Assembly: GCA_022072145.1 (NCBI GenBank)
Contig: JAJVIG010000012.1
Span: 29,129 to 93,128, forward strand
Source: Pseudomonadales bacterium
GTDB taxonomy: Bacteria > Pseudomonadota > Gammaproteobacteria > Pseudomonadales > UBA5518
DNA length: 64,000 nucleotides
Reading direction: 5' to 3'
The notes under the pieces were generated by a model that was not told the DNA's origin, did no database searches, and saw nothing but the letters and a program-made list of their open reading frames with translations. How positions within the stretch are numbered: the first letter of the stretch is position 1; the number at the start of each line of letters is the position of its first letter. The translations under genes were made by a program, and so were the position numbers. This document shows positions 60,688-64,000 of this stretch, piece after piece.

Positions 60688-63582
60688 TCAGCGGCAGGCC
60701 AGCGTCCGGTTGTCGGTGGTGGTGAAGATCTCGGCTTCCTGCAGCGCCGACTGCATGTCGGCGATGCCGCGCTGCATCCCGTAGTGCTGCCCCGCGAAGC
60801 GGTGCGCGCGCTGCGACATCGCGTCCCACGCCGCGGCGTCGTCGTGCAGGCGGCGGATCGCCTCGACCCAGTCCGCCGGCGTGCGCGCGATCACCGCCTC
60901 GGCGCCGTCGCCGAGCGCGATGCCCTCGGCGGCCACCGGCGACAGCACGCAGGGCACGCCGTGCGCCAGCGCGCCGATCACCTTGCCCTTGATGCCGGCC
61001 CCGCTCTGCAGCGGCGCGATGAATACCCTGCAGGTCGAATAGACCTCGGCGACGTCGGCGACCCAGCCCTCGAGGAGCACGTCCTCATGCGCCGCACACA
61101 GTTCGCGCAGTTCCTTCGGCGCCTTGCTGCCGTAGAGTCGCAGGCGCACGCCCGGGACGGCCTCGCGCAGCGCCGGCATCACCTCGCGCAGGAACCACTC
61201 GACCGCCTCGAGGTTCGGCACGTGGTTGTAGCCGCCGAGGAACGCGACGTCGCGTCTCGCGGCGAACGGCTCCACCGTCTCGACCGCGTCGCACACCCAC
61301 GGACACTTCGCGACGCGCGTCGAATCGAGGTTGTGCGACAGGATCACAGCCTTCTCGACATCGGTGTACGAGAGAACGAGGTCGACCTTGCGCATCGTCT
61401 CCAGTTCGGCGTCGCGGGTCTCGATCGATCGCGCGATGTCCTCGGGATTGCGACTGTTCAGTGCCGCCCTCAGTTCACGCAGGAAATGCAGGTCTGCGTT
61501 CATCAGCACGATACGCGCTCCGGGCGCGTGGCGGCGGATCTGCTCGATGCACTCGCGCGCCACGTAGTAGCGCGTGATGTAGACCAGGTCGAACTCGCGC
61601 CCGCGGCGCTCGATCAGCTCGTTGACGCTGGCGGCGAACGGCGCGTAGACGGTCTCGATTCCCATGCGCTGCAGGTCGTCGGTGTAGCGCCCCATGTAGG
61701 CCATGTTGTACGCGGCGAAGGTGCACTTGAAGCCCAGCGCCTGCAGCATGCGCATTTCCTGGATCGCGGCGTAGCTGCCGGCGTTCTGGTCGGGCATCGG
61801 CGTCTCGGCGTCGATGACCAGCGCGCGGAACTCCACGTTGCGGTCCTTGTGCAGCTCGACGTCCACGCCTTCCTTGCCGTTGTTGCGGCAGGCGCCGATC
61901 CAGCGGCTCTTGAACTTCGGCCGGTTGATCTCCTGGAAACGCTTCATGCCGGAGCTGACGCTGGTGCCGCTGCTGACGCCCTCGAAATGGATGATCTGCG
62001 CGGACGGCGCGTACACGGTCCGGTAACCGCGGTCGCGCACCTGGAAGGCGAGATCGGTGTCCTCGAAGTACGCCGGCACGTAGGTCTCGCTGAAACCGCC
62101 GATCTCGTTCCAGAGCGCGGTCGGCAGCATCACGCAGGCGCCCGAGAGGTAATCGGCCTGGCGTGCGTAACAGAAGCGCGGGTCGTGCGGATTGGCGCGG
62201 CGGCCGTAGTTCCACGGGTTGCCGCTGCTCCAGACGATGCCGCCGGCCTCCTGCAGCGTGCCGTCCGGATACAGCAGCTTCGCGCCGGCCATGCCGACGC
62301 CCTCGAAGTGTTCGAAGGTCCACAGCAGTTCGTCGATCCAGCCCGGCGTGACCTCCGTGTCGTTGTTCAGCATCACGATGTAGTCGCCCCGCGCGGCCGC
62401 GGCGCCACGGTTGCAGGCACGCACGAAGCCGACCGCCTCGTCGTTGCGCAGGTACTGCACACCCTGCACCAACTCGGGAATACGGGTGCTGTCGTCGCTC
62501 GATCCGTCGTCGACCAGGATGAGCTCGAACGAGGCCTCGTTGGGCGCCACCAGCAACGAGAGCAGGCAGTGGTAGGTGACCGGAAACTTGTTGTGCACCG
62601 GGATCACGATCGATACACGCGGCGCCGCCTCGGCGGGAAACACCAGCGGATCGAAGTCGCGGTCGTTGTCTGCGAAACCGCGGACCAGGCGCGCGTGCGC
62701 GCGCTCGAGTTGCGCGATGCGCGCGGCGAGCTCGGCAGGGTCGGCGACGCGCGCCGGCAGCGCCTGCAGCGAACGCGCCAGTGCCTCATAGCGGAACCCG
62801 GCCGCCATCGCCAGCGCGGGTTTCATGCCCTCGCGCGCGTGGCGCAGCAGCGCCTCCTCCGGCGTCAGGTGATACGGCATCACCAGCGCCGCCGTGCCGA
62901 GCGCGATCGGCTCGCCCGCCACGCGCACCAGGAAACCGTGCGGGCGACCGTCGAAGACGCTGGCCGGCAGCGGTACATGGAAGCGCACGCGACCGGCTTC
63001 GGCGCCGTCGTACCAGCCAGTGCCGATGGCCAGCGACTTGCCGTTCTCGAACACCTCCACCTTCGACACGTCGGCCGAGGTGTCGTCCAGGCCGACGTGG
63101 CCCGACAACGCCGTGCCGTCGAGCACTATCTCGCCGCGCGCTGCCCGCACGCCGTCGAAGTTCACCGGCGAGCCGACCAGCTGGTAGCCGCTGTGGAGTT
63201 CGCGCACCTCGATGCGCCGTGACCGGCCATCGAACAGTGCCTCCGGGACCGGAATGCTGAAACTGTGGCGCCCGTCGCCAATGCCGGCATCGAGCAGGTC
63301 CTTGCGGAAACGATCCGCCACCCCGTGCGCGACCTGAACGCCATCGGCGAGCACCTCGAACTCGAGCCTCGCCTGCGGATCGTCACGATCGTGCAGCCAG
63401 CCGGAGATCGCCTGCGGTCCGCACAGGTCGAGGATTCCCTTCATCCCGGTGGCGGGGGCGCCGGTCGCTTCGGCGGGCAGCGCAGCGGCCGCGGCACCAG
63501 GCGCAGATGCCGTAGCCGGTGCGAATGCGGTAACGGGCGCCGCAGCACCGAGGTTCATGATCATCGGTCCGGATTCGTTCAT
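60688..63582 (-). CDS. multidomain glycosyltransferase: N-terminal beta-rich modules, then GT2, then a GT4-like domain
   Basis: 964 aa. GT2 core RVSIVIPVHNKFPVTYHCL...LILVDDGSSD...ACNRGAAAARGDYIVMLNNDTE. C-terminal GT-B domain (VAFLGGYNHVPN...RVFIAPLQSGAGIKGKVIGALAHGVPCV). Confidence 0.8.
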   Translation of the reverse strand: MNESGPMIMNLGAAAPVTAFAPATASAPGAAAAALPAEATGAPATGMKGILDLCGPQAISGWLHDRDDPQARLEFEVLADGVQVAHGVADRFRKDLLDAGIGDGRHSFSIPVPEALFDGRSRRIEVRELHSGYQLVGSPVNFDGVRAARGEIVLDGTALSGHVGLDDTSADVSKVEVFENGKSLAIGTGWYDGAEAGRVRFHVPLPASVFDGRPHGFLVRVAGEPIALGTAALVMPYHLTPEEALLRHAREGMKPALAMAAGFRYEALARSLQALPARVADPAELAARIAQLERAHARLVRGFADNDRDFDPLVFPAEAAPRVSIVIPVHNKFPVTYHCLLSLLVAPNEASFELILVDDGSSDDSTRIPELVQGVQYLRNDEAVGFVRACNRGAAAARGDYIVMLNNDTEVTPGWIDELLWTFEHFEGVGMAGAKLLYPDGTLQEAGGIVWSSGNPWNYGRRANPHDPRFCYARQADYLSGACVMLPTALWNEIGGFSETYVPAYFEDTDLAFQVRDRGYRTVYAPSAQIIHFEGVSSGTSVSSGMKRFQEINRPKFKSRWIGACRNNGKEGVDVELHKDRNVEFRALVIDAETPMPDQNAGSYAAIQEMRMLQALGFKCTFAAYNMAYMGRYTDDLQRMGIETVYAPFAASVNELIERRGREFDLVYITRYYVARECIEQIRRHAPGARIVLMNADLHFLRELRAALNSRNPEDIARSIETRDAELETMRKVDLVLSYTDVEKAVILSHNLDSTRVAKCPWVCDAVETVEPFAARRDVAFLGGYNHVPNLEAVEWFLREVMPALREAVPGVRLRLYGSKAPKELRELCAAHEDVLLEGWVADVAEVYSTCRVFIAPLQSGAGIKGKVIGALAHGVPCVLSPVAAEGIALGDGAEAVIARTPADWVEAIRRLHDDAAAWDAMSQRAHRFAGQHYGMQRGIADMQSALQEAEIFTTTDNRTLACR

Positions 63583-63649
63583 GGATTGCCTGCGTCTTCG
63601 CTTACCTGGCCACGAAGGGCCGCCAATGTGTATTTTTTGCTTCGTTGCG

Positions 63650-64000
63650 TCAACCGCGCCGCTCGCCCAGCCACGCCATGAAGCGCAGCGCGAAACGCTC
63701 CGGGAAGATACCCGTCAGGTCGATGCCCTCGCGCGCGCGCCCCGCGCTCGCGAAGTCGGCGAACTCGCCGTCCGGATCGTCCTCGGCGAGTCGTGCGTTC
63801 GACTCGGCATAGGCTTCGAGGATGGCGCGCCGCAGGGGCGCGGCGAACGCGAACGGCGTTCCGCCGAGACCGCCCTGCTGTGCCTCGACCGCCAGGCGCG
63901 CGAGCTGGGGCAGCCCCTCGGCATTGGCCACGCGTACGATCTCGAGCAACTCGGCTCCCAGGCTCTCGTTGGTGTTGTCCGTCTTCGGAGCCGCATGCAC
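63650..64000 (-). CDS. 3' end of an unidentified gene running off the window
   Basis: Open to the window edge with coding-like G/C third-position bias. The apparent start is only the window boundary. No motif recognised. Confidence 0.45.
   Translation of the reverse strand: MHAAPKTDNTNESLGAELLEIVRVANAEGLPQLARLAVEAQQGGLGGTPFAFAAPLRRAILEAYAESNARLAEDDPDGEFADFASAGRAREGIDLTGIFPERFALRFMAWLGERRG

Noticed and set aside
63627-63653. Promoter-like TTGACG ... TACACA (minus strand) in the AT-rich patch upstream of the 964-aa glycosyltransferase
   Set aside because: The spacer is only 15 nt and the -10 hexamer is poor. It may still be a promoter region, but the sequence alone does not support a call.

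Overview
Very GC-rich proteobacterial chromosome segment; third codon positions are almost all G/C. The pepA-holC-valS order looks gammaproteobacterial. All family calls come from motifs read by eye and from gene order. No database search or computation was run.

(1) 1-15.4 kb, housekeeping and microaerobic respiration: pepA 3' end, holC, a small unknown ORF, valS, ccoNOQP, ccoGHIS, a TauE/DsbD_2-like membrane protein, ompW, hemN and fnr. An FNR/Anr-type box lies between ompW and hemN.

(2) 15.4-37.0 kb, flagellar block: fleR-fleS-fleQ-fliS (minus), fliC-flaG-fliD plus an unknown ORF (plus), flgL to flgB (minus), flgA-flgM-flgN (plus). Sigma-54 promoters are readable at fleS and flgB, and sigma-28 promoters at fliC and flgM. 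Two tandem GTAG-headed REP doublets sit between fleQ and fleS.

(3) tRNA-Arg(CCT) at 37124-37198, then about 1 kb of AT-richer decayed sequence. That stretch ends in a 25-nt near-copy of the tRNA 3' end, which looks like an island att scar.

(4) 38.2-63.6 kb, one uninterrupted minus-strand kps-type (ABC-transporter-dependent, group-2-like) capsule locus. It holds kpsS, kpsC, kpsM-T-E-D, three giant multidomain glycosyltransferases, a GT4 and a GT-B-like protein. It also holds five genes carrying six sulfotransferase-like P-loop domains, and an internal HU-like gene plus unknown gene pair with their own repeated promoter-like motif.

The most interesting inference is that this locus makes a heavily sulfated capsule. 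Many long ORFs antisense to real genes are GC-driven artefacts and were rejected.
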